DNA of 63,117 nucleotides, the filler included, from Octopus bimaculoides (Eukaryota): NCBI RefSeq assembly GCF_001194135.2. It is 5 parts of 5 records of this genome, joined end to end, with 100 filler letters (N's around TTAATTAATTAA, not from the genome) between each part and the next. Parts side by side here need not be neighbours in the genome. Positions count along the whole stretch, not along the records: positions 38,272 to 51,582 come from NC_068996.1; positions 51,683 to 61,353 come from NC_068987.1; 3 more parts are not named here. The stretch is one strand, 5' to 3'. The notes under the pieces are model-generated. The model made no database searches, had not been told where the DNA came from, and saw nothing but the letters and a program-made list of their open reading frames with translations. This document shows, piece after piece, positions 39,202 to 53,164 of the stretch. Position 1 is the first letter of the stretch. Every line of letters starts with the position of its first letter. The translations under genes were made by a program, and so were the position numbers.

Positions 39202-39516
39202 TAAAGAATAAAAAGTTTTGAATGGTACAATAATGCACTATAATACAAATAATGGACTATATACCTGTTGTAATCTAGTTATCCATAGTCCGATGATATT
39301 TCGGAATACAATTCCTTCTTCAGATATTCTTAGCCGGAATCAATCGGTTTTCCAACGGAAAACCGATTATAGCAGCGGCTCCCTCTAAGAATATCTGAGG
39401 AAGGAATTTTATTCCGAAATATCATCGGACTATGGATAACTAGATTACAACAGGTATATAGTCCATTTTTTGTATTATAGTGCATTATTGTACCATTCAA
39501 AACTTTTTATTCTTTA
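39202..39516. repeat. 315-bp foldback: 132-bp inverted arms (129/132 identical) around a 51-bp spacer containing a 12-bp hairpin
   Basis: Arms 39202-39333 and 39385-39516 compared base by base. Confidence 0.95.
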
Positions 39517-39595
39517 TTATTATATATATAATGCATATAAATATATATTTGTGTGTGTATGCTCACAGAAATACACAGATATATATATACATATA

Positions 39596-39636
<41 letters not shown>

Positions 39637-40505
39637 NNNNNNNNNNNNNNNNNNNNNNNNNNNNNNNNNNNNNNNNNNNNNNNNNNNNNNNNNNNNNNNN
39701 NNNNNNNNNNNNNNNNNNNNNNNNNNNNNNNNNNNNNNNNNNNNNNNNNNNNNNNNNNNNNNNNNNNNNNNNNNNNNNNNNNNNNNNNNNNNNNNNNNNN
39801 NNNNNNNNNNNNNNNNNNNNNNNNNNNNNNNNNNNNNNNNNNNNNNNNNNNNNNNNNNNNNNNNNNNNNNNNNNNNNNNNNNNNNNNNNNNNNNNNNNNN
39901 NNNNNNNNNNNNNNNNNNNNNNNNNNNNNNNNNNNNNNNNNNNNNNNNNNNNNNNNNNNNNNNNNNNNNNNNNNNNNNNNNNNNNNNNNNNNNNNNNNNN
40001 NNNNNNNNNNNNNNNNNNNNNNNNNNNNNNNNNNNNNNNNNNNNNNNNNNNNNNNNNNNNNNNNNNNNNNNNNNNNNNNNNNNNNNNNNNNNNNNNNNNN
40101 NNNNNNNNNNNNNNNNNNNNNNNNNNNNNNNNNNNNNNNNNNNNNNNNNNNNNNNNNNNNNNNNNNNNNNNNNNNNNNNNNNNNNNNNNNNNNNNNNNNN
40201 NNNNNNNNNNNNNNNNNNNNNNNNNNNNNNNNNNNNNNNNNNNNNNNNNNNNNNNNNNNNNNNNNNNNNNNNNNNNNNNNNNNNNNNNNNNNNNNNNNNN
40301 NNNNNNNNNNNNNNNNNNNNNNNNNNNNNNNNNNNNNNNNNNNNNNNNNNNNNNNNNNNNNNNNNNNNNNNNNNNNNNNNNNNNNNNNNNNNNNNNNNNN
40401 NNNNNNNNNNNNNNNNNNNNNNNNNNNNNNNNNNNNNNNNNNNNNNNNNNNNNNNNNNNNNNNNNNNNNNNNNNNNNNNNNNNNNNNNNNNNNNNNNNNN
40501 NNNNN

Positions 40506-40556
<51 letters not shown>

Positions 40557-41084
40557 TCAAGAAAAGACAAAAAACAATAACAAAAAACAACAAAGTGAGG
40601 ACGTGATACAGATAGTGTTATTAGACGCTCGGGAAAGGAAAGAGAGATGTATATCTATATGTGTATAGATATATATATATACATATGTATATCTATATGT
40701 GTATACTTATATCTATGTATATTTGTATGTATACATATGTGTATAACTGTATGTTTATAGGTATGTGGGGGAATCATGTATGTATGGACGTATGTATACA
40801 TAGATACAGGCGTTTCTGTGTTGTAAGAAGTTTGTGGTTCAATCCCACGTGGCACCTTGGGCAAGTGTCTTCTACTATAAACTCAGACTGACCAAAGCTT
40901 TGTCAGATGTGCGTGTGTGTTCGTGCGTGTACGTGTGTGTGTAACAGGTGTAAAAAAAATGTATTGGGATCGATGCTTTTGACTAAAATTCCTCGAGGCG
41001 TTGCCACGGCATGACAGCAGTTTAATAACTGAAACAAAGAAAATATAATATAATATAATATAATATATATATATATTTATATAC

Positions 41085-41127
<43 letters not shown>

Positions 41128-41769
41128 NNNNNNNNNNNNNNNNNNNNNNNNNNNNNNNNNNNNNNNNNNNNNNNNNNNNNNNNNNNNNNNNNNNNNNNNN
41201 NNNNNNNNNNNNNNNNNNNNNNNNNNNNNNNNNNNNNNNNNNNNNNNNNNNNNNNNNNNNNNNNNNNNNNNNNNNNNNNNNNNNNNNNNNNNNNNNNNNN
41301 NNNNNNNNNNNNNNNNNNNNNNNNNNNNNNNNNNNNNNNNNNNNNNNNNNNNNNNNNNNNNNNNNNNNNNNNNNNNNNNNNNNNNNNNNNNNNNNNNNNN
41401 NNNNNNNNNNNNNNNNNNNNNNNNNNNNNNNNNNNNNNNNNNNNNNNNNNNNNNNNNNNNNNNNNNNNNNNNNNNNNNNNNNNNNNNNNNNNNNNNNNNN
41501 NNNNNNNNNNNNNNNNNNNNNNNNNNNNNNNNNNNNNNNNNNNNNNNNNNNNNNNNNNNNNNNNNNNNNNNNNNNNNNNNNNNNTATATATATATATATA
41601 TATATATTCTTATATGTGCATGTGCGTATGATTGTGTATGCATATGTACATGTGTGTGTGCGTACGCGTATGTGTGTGTGTTTGTGAAGGACATTATCAT
41701 TCGTAAGTCATACCAGTTTGTAACTGTCTAGTTTGCCCGCTTGTTCGGGCATGTTCAGTTGTTTATAAG

Positions 41770-42330
41770 AAGCCAACGATACAGCAGTGTTTAAAGACAG
41801 CATAATTGAGAAGAGAAATTACATCGGTTTATGCGATCCCAATTTTAAAAGCCGTTATGCAAACCACCAGTTTTCTTTCAGACACATTGATAAAAATAAG
41901 GCCACTGAATTGGCCATGTCTGTATGGGATGTAAAACCAAATGCACACGACTACAATCAAACAGAGAATCGTGGAGAAATCTACGCTATATATAAATTGA
42001 TCAAAAAGATGCAAGTTATGCGTAACTGAAAGATCCTACATTCGTTTTAGGTCCAACAATTTCCCCATACTACTTCATTCCACGTCCGAAATTTTTAGCA
42101 AATGGAAGCACATGGACGGGTTCCTCTTATCGAACTGGAGGATATCACCCACTCCGGGTTTTGTTGCTATCTTACAGACTTTTGCCGTCTTTCCTTTATA
42201 TCATTCTGCACCAGATACATTATGTTTTGTACAGTCAAAGAGGACAAAGATCTTGGTTTTCTTACTTTTCCTTTTTATTTTCTCTTTTCACTTTTTGAAT
42301 TAACCTTCTTCGCGTTTTTTTTTTTCTCTT
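41770..42330 (+). mobile_element. Penelope-like element 3' fragment (GIY-YIG remnant plus 3' UTR)
   Basis: KRNYIGLCDPNFKSRYANHQFSFRHIDKNKATELAMSVWDVK; downstream sequence homologous to 19230-19500. Confidence 0.8.
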
Positions 42331-42829
42331 GTGTTTTCTCATGGAAAATGCGTTTAACGTGATAAACTAAGCCTGAAAGACTTTTTGGAGATACATTTGC
42401 CTATTTAATGTATCTTAATATATGAAATTGTTAGTAGCTCTTTTGTAATAGCGTATATTAAATGATGTTTATCTCTCACTCTTGAGCCTACCCTTCCACC
42501 TATAATGGAACTGTAATCTATATATATATATATATTCTGTATAAAGGGAAATCGTTACTAATCCATATATGTAGTAGTATAGAAGAAATAAAGGAAGTTG
42601 AGAATACACGGAGAGTATGCATGAAGATTTATTTAAATCAAAATTTATAAACTTAGCCGGTTTCAAATCTGAATGAATTTCAAAGGTGTTAGTTTTGAGG
42701 AACGTGGTACTGTGTCACAGTCTCTATCGGTATGTGCGTGTGTGTGTGTTTTGAGTGTGAGAATATGGCGTCTACCAGTTAACACGTGTTTAATCTACGC
42801 TCCTAAAAAAATTTCATTGAAATCTGCAA

Positions 42830-44640
<1,811 letters not shown>

Positions 44641-44689
44641 GGATATGTATATACAGAAGGAGGCGTACCTTCTGTAATAAGATGGCTTC

Positions 44690-44945
44690 CCTGCTGGTCC
44701 TTGTGTCTTCTACTATAGTCTCGGGCCAACAAATGCCTATATGATAGGCAGAAAATGAAAGAACCAGTGTTGGTGTGTTTATTTCCCGTAACTTAGCTGT
44801 TTGGTAAAAAGAAAATATGAGAGTAGGTACCAGGCTTCATAAAAGAAAAATAATAATAAGTACTGAAGTTAATACCTTCGACTAAAATTCTTCAAGGCGG
44901 TGATCCAGCATCGCCGAAGACTACTGACTGTAACTAGTTAAAGAT
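44690..44945 (+). mobile_element. SINE family A, diverged and deleted
   Basis: gtgtcttctactatagtctcgggccaac..ccgtaacttagctg..aaggcggtgatccagcat. Confidence 0.7.
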
Positions 44946-44950
44946 AAATG

Positions 44951-45490
<540 letters not shown>

Positions 45491-45550
45491 TGATATTTTA
45501 AAAGGATTGACATAACTCTTCACAAAGGTAAATAGACAATAGGAAGCACG

Positions 45551-45700
45551 CGATATTTCGACAGCAAGCCTGTGTCTGTCGAATTCAAAATGAAAGCTTG
45601 TTGCTCTCGTTCATGTTTTGGATTTGAATTTCTATAATTTTGAATATTTATCACTTTTCGTTTTGAACTCGACAAAAGCAGGCTTGCTGTCGAAATATCG
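45551..45700. mobile_element. 150-bp MITE-like element with a 22-bp perfect (about 40-bp imperfect) terminal inverted repeat
   Basis: CGATATTTCGACAGCAAGCCTG / CAGGCTTGCTGTCGAAATATCG; no clear TSD. Confidence 0.7.
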
Positions 45701-45750
45701 TTCAATCAATAAAATATCTAATGCAGTCGCATCGCGCTCTTCGTACTGTC

Positions 45751-45803
<53 letters not shown>

Positions 45804-45926
45804 TATATATATATGTACGTCTATTTATTATTATTATTATTATTATTGTTGTTGTTATTATTATTACTGTGATTATTATTATCATCATCAATATCATCAT
45901 CATCATTATTATTATTATTATTATTA

Positions 45927-45976
<50 letters not shown>

Positions 45977-45977
45977 G
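45751..45977. repeat. (TAA)n and (ATT)n/(ATC)n microsatellite cluster
   Basis: Directly visible; TAA run followed by the complementary ATT runs. Confidence 0.9.
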
Positions 45978-46666
45978 AGTATGTGTGTGTGCACGTGTCA
46001 AAAATCCATGTACCTATCTAATACATCCCTGTCTTCCTGTCTTTGGGAATTCGTTCTCATGGAATCTAGTTTGGAATCTCTTTTCACCTGGTGTGTGTTG
46101 TATGTATGTATGTATGTATGTACGTATGTATGTATGTATGTATGTATTCATGGATAGATGGATGGGTTTATGTATGAATGTATTATGCATATGTGTGAGT
46201 GTGTGTTGGTGTGTGAGTGCGGATATACATATATGTATATATACATATATACATTCATGTATTCTTATATGAATAAAATGTATAAATCTAATATGTACAT
46301 ATACATACGCCATTCACACGCACACTCACACACACCTACATATATATGCATATTCTTCTATACGTATATATGTGTGTGTGTGTGTGTGTATGTATTTGTA
46401 CATACACGCGTGCGCACAACTCAACGTCTATACACTTCCCGCCTGTCAGACCATCTTTTCCTTCACCTGTTGCTATCACTTAAAATTTCTTGGTTTGGCA
46501 AGGGCCAACACATTCTCAATGATTTTACAGTCCATGTGTATTAGTGCGCGTGTGTCTGTGCGTATGCGTGAGCATGAGTGTATGAGTGAATGTAACTGTT
46601 CCTACGTGCATGTACACGTACGCATGTGTGTGTGTATGTTTGTGTGTATAAACATATCTACATATA

Positions 46667-47085
46667 TACTCTTTTACTCTTTTACTTGTTTCAGTCATTT
46701 GACTGCAACCATGCTGGAGCACCACCTTTAGTCGAGCAAATCGACTCCAGGACTTATTCTTTATAAGCCTATTACTTATTCTATCGAGCTCTTTTGCCGA
46801 ACCGCTAGTGTTACGAGGACGTAAACACATCAGCATCGGTTATCAAGCGATGTTGGGGGGGACAAACACAGACACACAGACATATACACACACATACATA
46901 TATATCTATATACATATATACGACAGGCTTCTTTTAGTCTCCGTCTACCAAATCCACTCACAAGGCTTTGGTCGGCCCGAGGCTATAGTAGAAGACACTT
47001 GCCCAAGATGCCACGCATTGGGACTGAACCCGGAACCATGTGGTTCGTAAGCAAGCTACCTACCACACAGCCACTCCTACGCCGC
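46667..47085 (-). mobile_element. SINE family A, full length
   Basis: Complete head (ggcgtaggagtggctgtgtggtag..ggttccgggttcagtccc; box A/B-like), internal microsatellite and aagtaaaagagt tail. Confidence 0.93.
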
Positions 47086-47109
47086 GCGTGTGTGTGTATG
47101 TGTGTGTGA

Positions 47110-47141
<32 letters not shown>

Positions 47142-47182
47142 GTGTGTGTGTGTGTGTGTGACAGATAGACAGACAGACAGAC

Positions 47183-47233
<51 letters not shown>

Positions 47234-47309
47234 CAAACATATATATGTACACAAAAATATACATATGCATACACACACACATATATAAAGGATCAAAGAG
47301 AGATAAGGT

Positions 47310-47545
47310 CCTTCCCGAGTCATAGGTTCTTAACACCGGTTTCCCGGATTTTTGCTGGATTTATTCCTTCCTTAAAGAGACACCCCTATGTCGTAGGTTC
47401 ACTCATTTTTGCCAGTTGAATGGACTGGAGCAACGGGAAATAAAGTGTCTTGCGCAAGAACATAATGCATCGCCCTGTCTAATATTGAAAGCACACTCTT
47501 CCAATAATGAGTGCAAAACCTTATCACTAGGTCATGCTCTTCCAC
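47310..47545 (-). mobile_element. SINE family D, diverged
   Basis: ctcatttttgccagttgaatggactggagcaacgggaaataaagtgtcttgcgcaagaaca = reverse complement of the family D body. Confidence 0.7.
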
Positions 47546-47954
47546 ACACGTACACACTCATATGTACATATATATATATATATATATATATANNNNNNNN
47601 NNNNNNNNNNNNNNNNNNNNNNNNNNNNNNNNNNNNNNNNNNNNNNNNNNNNNNNNNNNNNNNNNNNNNNNNNNNNNNNNNNNNNNNNNNNNNNNNNNNN
47701 NNNNNNNNNNNNNNNNNNNNNNNNNNNNNNNNNNNNNNNNNNNNNNNNNNNNNNNNNNNNNNNNNNNNNNNNNNNNNNNNNNNNNNNNNNNNNNNNNNNN
47801 NNNNNNNNNNNNNNNNNNNNNNNNNNNNNNNNNNNNNNNNNNNNNNNNNNNNNNNNNNNNNNNNNNNNNNNNNNNNNNNNNNNNNNNNNNNNNNNNNNNN
47901 NNNNNNNNNNNNNNNNNNNNNNNNNNNNNNNNNNNNNNNNNNNNNNNNNNNTAT

Positions 47955-48327
47955 ATTCTTTTATTCTTTTACTTGTTTCAGTCATTTGACTGCGGCCATG
48001 TTGGAGCACCGCCTTTAGTCGAACAAATCGATCCTAGGACTTATTCCTTTTAAGCGTAGTACTTATTCTATCGGGCTCTTAAGCCGAACCGCTAAGTTAC
48101 GGAGTCGTGAACACACCAACATCGGTTGTCAAGCGATGGTGGCGGGGACAAAGACACACAAACATACACATACACACACACATATATTCGACGGGCTTCT
48201 TTCAGTTTTCGTCTACCAAATCCACCCACAAGTATTTGGTCGGCCCGAGGCCCAAGGTGCCACGCAGTGGGACTGAACCCGGAACCAAGTGGTTGGTAAG
48301 CAAGCTACTTACCACATAGCCACTTCT
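47955..48327 (-). mobile_element. SINE family A, nearly full length
   Basis: High similarity to 46667-47085; small internal deletion. Confidence 0.9.
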
Positions 48328-48336
48328 ATATGTATA

Positions 48337-49576
48337 CAGGGATTGGACAAAATAATGGAAACACCTAGCATCATAACATAATTTTGAAATATCTATTAAA
48401 CCGTCAAAAGCTTGTTTATTTTTGTTTTTTGATTTATTATTAGTGTTGCTTAATATGCTTTGCTGAAGTCGCTGTTTCTTTTCAGATATCACCAGAAAAA
48501 GGTAATTAAAATTCATTAAAATGACAGATCTATCAGACTTTCAAAGAGGTCAAATTATTGGTGCTCGTATTGCAGGCGGTAGCGTAACGAAAACAACCGA
48601 AATGTTTGAAGTACTATCTCGAAAGTAATGACAGCCTTTGAGAAAGAGGGAAAAAACCCCTCTTCGAAACGAAATTCCGGAAGAAAATCAAAACTTTCAG
48701 ATATGAACCGTCGGACTGTTACGCGAATGGTTAGAAAGGATCACAAAAGTACAGCTCCCAAAATTACTGCAGAGCTTAATGACCATTTCGAGAACCCAGT
48801 TTCCACAAAAACTGTTTGCCGGGAGCTGCACAAAGCCGGATTTCACGGGAGGGCTGCAATCAGAAAACCACTACTTTCAAAAACAAGCGTTGCAAAACGT
48901 TTAGAGCGGAGTAAAAACCTATAGAATCGGTCCCTAGAGCAGTGGAAGAATGTTATTTTCTCGGACGAGTCATCCTTTACCTTATTTTCGACCACCGGCC
49001 GAGTATACATGTGGAGACAACCAAAAGGAGCATTTGACCCAGACTGCCTTCCTCCAACTATTAAACATGGAGGAGGATCTGTGATGCTCTAGAGGGCTAT
49101 ATCTTGGAAATCCATCGGCCCAATAGTTTCCATTCATGGCAGAATTAATAGCCAAGACTATTTAAGCATTTTATCTAATCAAATTCATCCTATGGTTGAG
49201 GAACTGTTTCCGAAGGGAAACGCAATCTTTAAGGATGATAATGCACCAATTCACACAGTTAAAGTTGTTACTGAATGGCATGAGGAACATTCTAGTGAAG
49301 TTGAACATCTTATCTGGCCACCACAGTCCCCAGATCTCAATATTATTGAACATTTATGGTGCATTTTAGAAAAACAAGCACTCGATATTTTCCACCATCA
49401 TTACTACAAGAACTGGAAACTGTTTTAGCTGAAGAATGAACGAAATTTCCTTTGGAAACAAGAGTCCATACTTCATAGAATTCAAGCTATAATTACTGCC
49501 AAAGACGGTCCTACTCCATATTAAAATAAATTTGTTTGAAATTTTAAGGTGTTTCCATTATCTTGTCCAACCCCTG
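48337..49576 (+). mobile_element. Near full-length Tc1-like DNA transposon with DD36E spacing (Incomer-like), 1240 bp
   Basis: 30-bp TIRs (28/30 identical), TA target duplication on both sides, transposase remnant inside. Confidence 0.95.
48521..49524 (+). pseudogene. Tc1-like transposase, disrupted by frameshifts and stops
   Basis: MTDLSDFQRGQIIGARIAG../SKVMTAFEKEG..SDESSFTLF..KHGGGSVM..KDDNAPIH..WPPQSPDLNIIEHLW..GPTPY*. Confidence 0.93.
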
Positions 49577-50331
49577 TAGATATTTATATATATATATATA
49601 TATAATACTTTGTCAGGTATCGGTCAATTTTAGCCCATGACATGACAAACTTAATAAGCAGCATCAGAAGAAAACTTTTAATCGTACATTACATGTTACA
49701 GTCATATTTTGGGCACTGTAACCCATTCAAGAAAAGTGTTCTTGTATACACAGCTATATATGGGGGCAAGTGGTTTATTTGGAACATNNNNNNNNNNNNN
49801 NNNNNNNNNNNNNNNNNNNNNNNNNNNNNNNNNNNNNNNNNNNNNNNNNNNNNNNNNNNNNNNNNNNNNNNNNNNNNNNNNNNNNNNNNNNNNNNNNNNN
49901 NNNNNNNNNNNNNNNNNNNNNNNNNNNNNNNNNNNNNNNNNNNNNNNNNNNNNNNNNNNNNNNNNNNNNNNNNNNNNNNNNNNNNNNNNNNNNNNNNNNN
50001 NNNNNNNNNNNNNNNNNNNNNNNNNNNNNNNNNNNNNNNNNNNNNNNNNNNNNNNNNNNNNNNNNNNNNNNNNNNNNNNNNNNNNNNNNNNNNNNNNNNN
50101 NNNNNNNNNNNNNNNNNNNNNNNNNNNNNNNNNNNNNNNNNNNNNNNNNNNNNNNNNNNNNNNNNNNNNNNNNNNNNNNNNNNNNNNNNNNNNNNNNNNN
50201 NNNNNNNNNNNNNNNNNNNNNNNNNNNNNNNNNNNNNNNNNNNNNNNNNNNNNNNNNNNNNNNNNNNNNNNNNNNNNNNNNNNNNNNNNNNNNNNNNNNN
50301 NNNNNNNNNNNNNNNNNNNNNNNNNNNNNNN

Positions 50332-50344
<13 letters not shown>

Positions 50345-50383
<39 letters not shown>

Positions 50384-50610
50384 TATGTATGTGTGCGTGC
50401 GCGTGCGTGTTTGTCCCCGCCAACATCGCTTGACAAGCGATGTTGGTGTGTTTAGTACCTCTAAACTAGCGGTTCGGCAAAAGAGACCGATAAAATACGT
50501 ACTAGGCTTATAAAGAATAAGTCCTGGGGTCGATTTACTCGACTAAAGGTGGTGCTCCAGCATGGTTGCAGTCAAATGACTGAAACAAGTTAAAGAATAA
50601 AAGAAAAAAT
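50345..50610 (+). mobile_element. SINE family A, 3' half
   Basis: gtttgtccccgccaacatcgcttgacaagcgatg..cggttcggcaaaagagaccga..ggtgctccagcatgg..aaacaagt. Confidence 0.88.
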
Positions 50611-50679
50611 GAATATTCTTTTGTTCTTTTACGCGTTTCATTCCAAAGGTTATGGCCATGCTGGGCACAGCTAGTATTA

Positions 50680-51335
50680 TCACATTTTCAATGGCCATTC
50701 CTTTGTGATTCAATGGCTATTCCTTTGTGAAGGAGAGAGTTCGACATTGTTGCTCTCTCTTTTGAGTTGCCTTGATATTGGTTCATCTGGGATCTTGGGC
50801 AGCAAGAGGTCAAGTCGTTTCTTGAGAACATCTACGCCTATTCCACGTAGATTTCTATGTTATTTTGGCAAGATATTGAATACCTGTCGGCCTTTGGATC
50901 CCAAGCTATTGCAGTACATGGCCCTCACACTAGACGGGATAGGTGGATGGGCTTTTGGAACAGTGCAGTGATGTCCAGTTTGGGGCTAGTATAATTTTTG
51001 ATGCCTAAGTTGATGTCAAACCCTCTTTTAAATGTATATCATCGTATATTTCCCCTGCCTTCACTTCAGGGAATAGAGTCGTAAATCTTTCAGTCTCTCC
51101 CAGTAGCTCAGCTGTTCTATTGATGCGATCTTTTTGGTGTGGTACCGCTGAGCTGCTTCAAGTTCCGCCATTAGTTTGACACTGTGGGGTAACCACAGTT
51201 GAGAACAGTATTCCAGGCAGTTGAGTACACATTTTCTCAATAAAACCAGCATAATTTCTTGGTCCCTTGCTCTGAAAGTTCTGAGAATTCATCTGGCCAT
51301 TCGCCTGCACATTGTCACCATCTTAGTGAAATACA
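50680..51335 (-). mobile_element. CR1-type LINE 3' fragment (RT C-terminus)
   Basis: ILRTFRARDQEIMLVL..LEYCSQLWLPH..ELEAAQR..SYWERLKDLRLYSL..FNILPK..KKRLDLLL..IPDEP. Confidence 0.85.
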
Positions 51336-51372
51336 CGTGTATTGAGGCGTTGTTCATATCAATCCCCAAAAA

Positions 51373-51547
51373 TTATTTAATAATTATTTACGAGTGGCTA
51401 GCATGCGTTAAGCCATTTTTAGCATGTAAGAAATCCACATGGTGGTTTTTTTCTCTTCGTGTGTTTCATATACTATAGTATTTTAAAATATTTGCCTTCT
51501 GACTCCTATTTAAGCATGCTAGCCACTGGTAAATAATTATTTAATAA
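51373..51547. mobile_element. MITE-like element with ~38-bp inverted ends
   Basis: ataattatttacgagtggctagcatgcgttaa / ttaagcatgctagccactggtaaataattat. Confidence 0.65.
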
Positions 51548-51582
51548 CTTTTACCTTTATATATATATATATATATATATAT

Positions 51583-51682
51583 NNNNNNNNNNNNNNNNNN
51601 NNNNNNNNNNNNNNNNNNNNNNNNNNTTAATTAATTAANNNNNNNNNNNNNNNNNNNNNNNNNNNNNNNNNNNNNNNNNNNN
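51583..51682. other. Scaffold-join spacer (44 N + TTAATTAATTAA + 44 N)
   Basis: Identical construct; 12-mer at 51627-51638. Confidence 0.9.
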
Positions 51683-51934
51683 TACATAAATGCATATATG
51701 GGGATATATGTATGTGTGAATAAATGTATGTATGTTTGTATGTATGTATGTATGCAGGTAGGTAAATAGGTAGGTAGGTAGGTAAGCAGGTAGGCATATA
51801 GAGATTGGTAAATGTATATATATATATATACACATACATACATATATAATATAATACGAAACGTTTGTGATTTCGTAGCAAAAACTCTGCATGTAACAAG
51901 TATTACGCTCGCGATCCTCTGACGGATGTAACGT

Positions 51935-53041
51935 GAAAACACGCACACAGACACACACAGACACACATGCACACATGCACGCACAGACACACGTGCACAC
52001 ACAGACATACATGCACGCACAGACACACGTGCACACACAGACACACATGCACGCACAGACACACATGCACGCACAGACACACGTGCACACACAGACACAC
52101 ATGCACGCACAGACACACATGCACGCACAGACACACATGCACACACAGACACACATGCACACACAGACACACGTGCACACACAGACACACGTGCACANNN
52201 NNNNNNNNNNNNNNNNNNNNNNNNNNNNNNNNNNNNNNNNNNNNNNNNNNNNNNNNNNNNNNNNNNNNNNNNNNNNNNNNNNNNNNNNNNNNNNNNNNNN
52301 NNNNNNNNNNNNNNNNNNNNNNNNNNNNNNNNNNNNNNNNNNNNNNNNNNNNNNNNNNNNNNNNNNNNNNNNNNNNNNNNNNNNNNNNNNNNNNNNNNNN
52401 NNNNNNNNNNNNNNNNNNNNNNNNNNNNNNNNNNNNNNNNNNNNNNNNNNNNNNNNNNNNNNNNNNNNNNNNNNNNNNNNNNNNNNNNNNNNNNNNNNNN
52501 NNNNNNNNNNNNNNNNNNNNNNNNNNNNNNNNNNNNNNNNNNNNNNNNNNNNNNNNNNNNNNNNNNNNNNNNNNNNNNNNNNNNNNNNNNNNNNNNNNNN
52601 NNNNNNNNNNNNNNNNNNNNNNNNNNNNNNNNNNNNNNNNNNNNNNNNNNNNNNNNNNNNNNNNNNNNNNNNNNNNNNNNNNNNNNNNNNNNNNNNNNNN
52701 NNNNNNNNNNNNNNNNNNNNNNNNNNNNNNNNNNNNNNNNNNNNNNNNNNNNNNNNNNNNNNNNNNNNNNNNNNNNNNNNNNNNNNNNNNNNNNNNNNNN
52801 NNNNNNNNNNNNNNNNNNNNNNNNNNNNNNNNNNNNNNNNNNNNNNNNNNNNNNNNNNNNNNNNNNNNNNNNNNNNNNNCACACATGCACACACAGACAC
52901 ACATGCACACACAGACACACATGCACACACAGACACACATGCACACACAGACACACATGCACGCACAGACACACATGCACACACAGACACACATGCACAC
53001 ACAGACACACATGCACACACAGACACACATGCACACACACG
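51935..53041. repeat. 18-bp minisatellite (ACAC[A/G]TGCAC[A/G]CACAGAC)n spanning a gap
   Basis: Units visible on both sides of the 52198-52879 gap. Confidence 0.92.
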
Positions 53042-53164
53042 CGTAAACGAGCTAGCATGTGCGTGAACCTATGTCATGCATGCATATATCATACAAATAT
53101 ATGTATGTAAATATAATATAATATGAGTATATATATATGCATATGATATAATATAATACGAACA

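Noticed and set aside
46980-47085. tRNA genes at SINE heads (also 6410, 13542, 18021, 35797)
   Set aside because: Box A/B-like motifs are present but there is no complete cloverleaf, and each continues into a SINE body.
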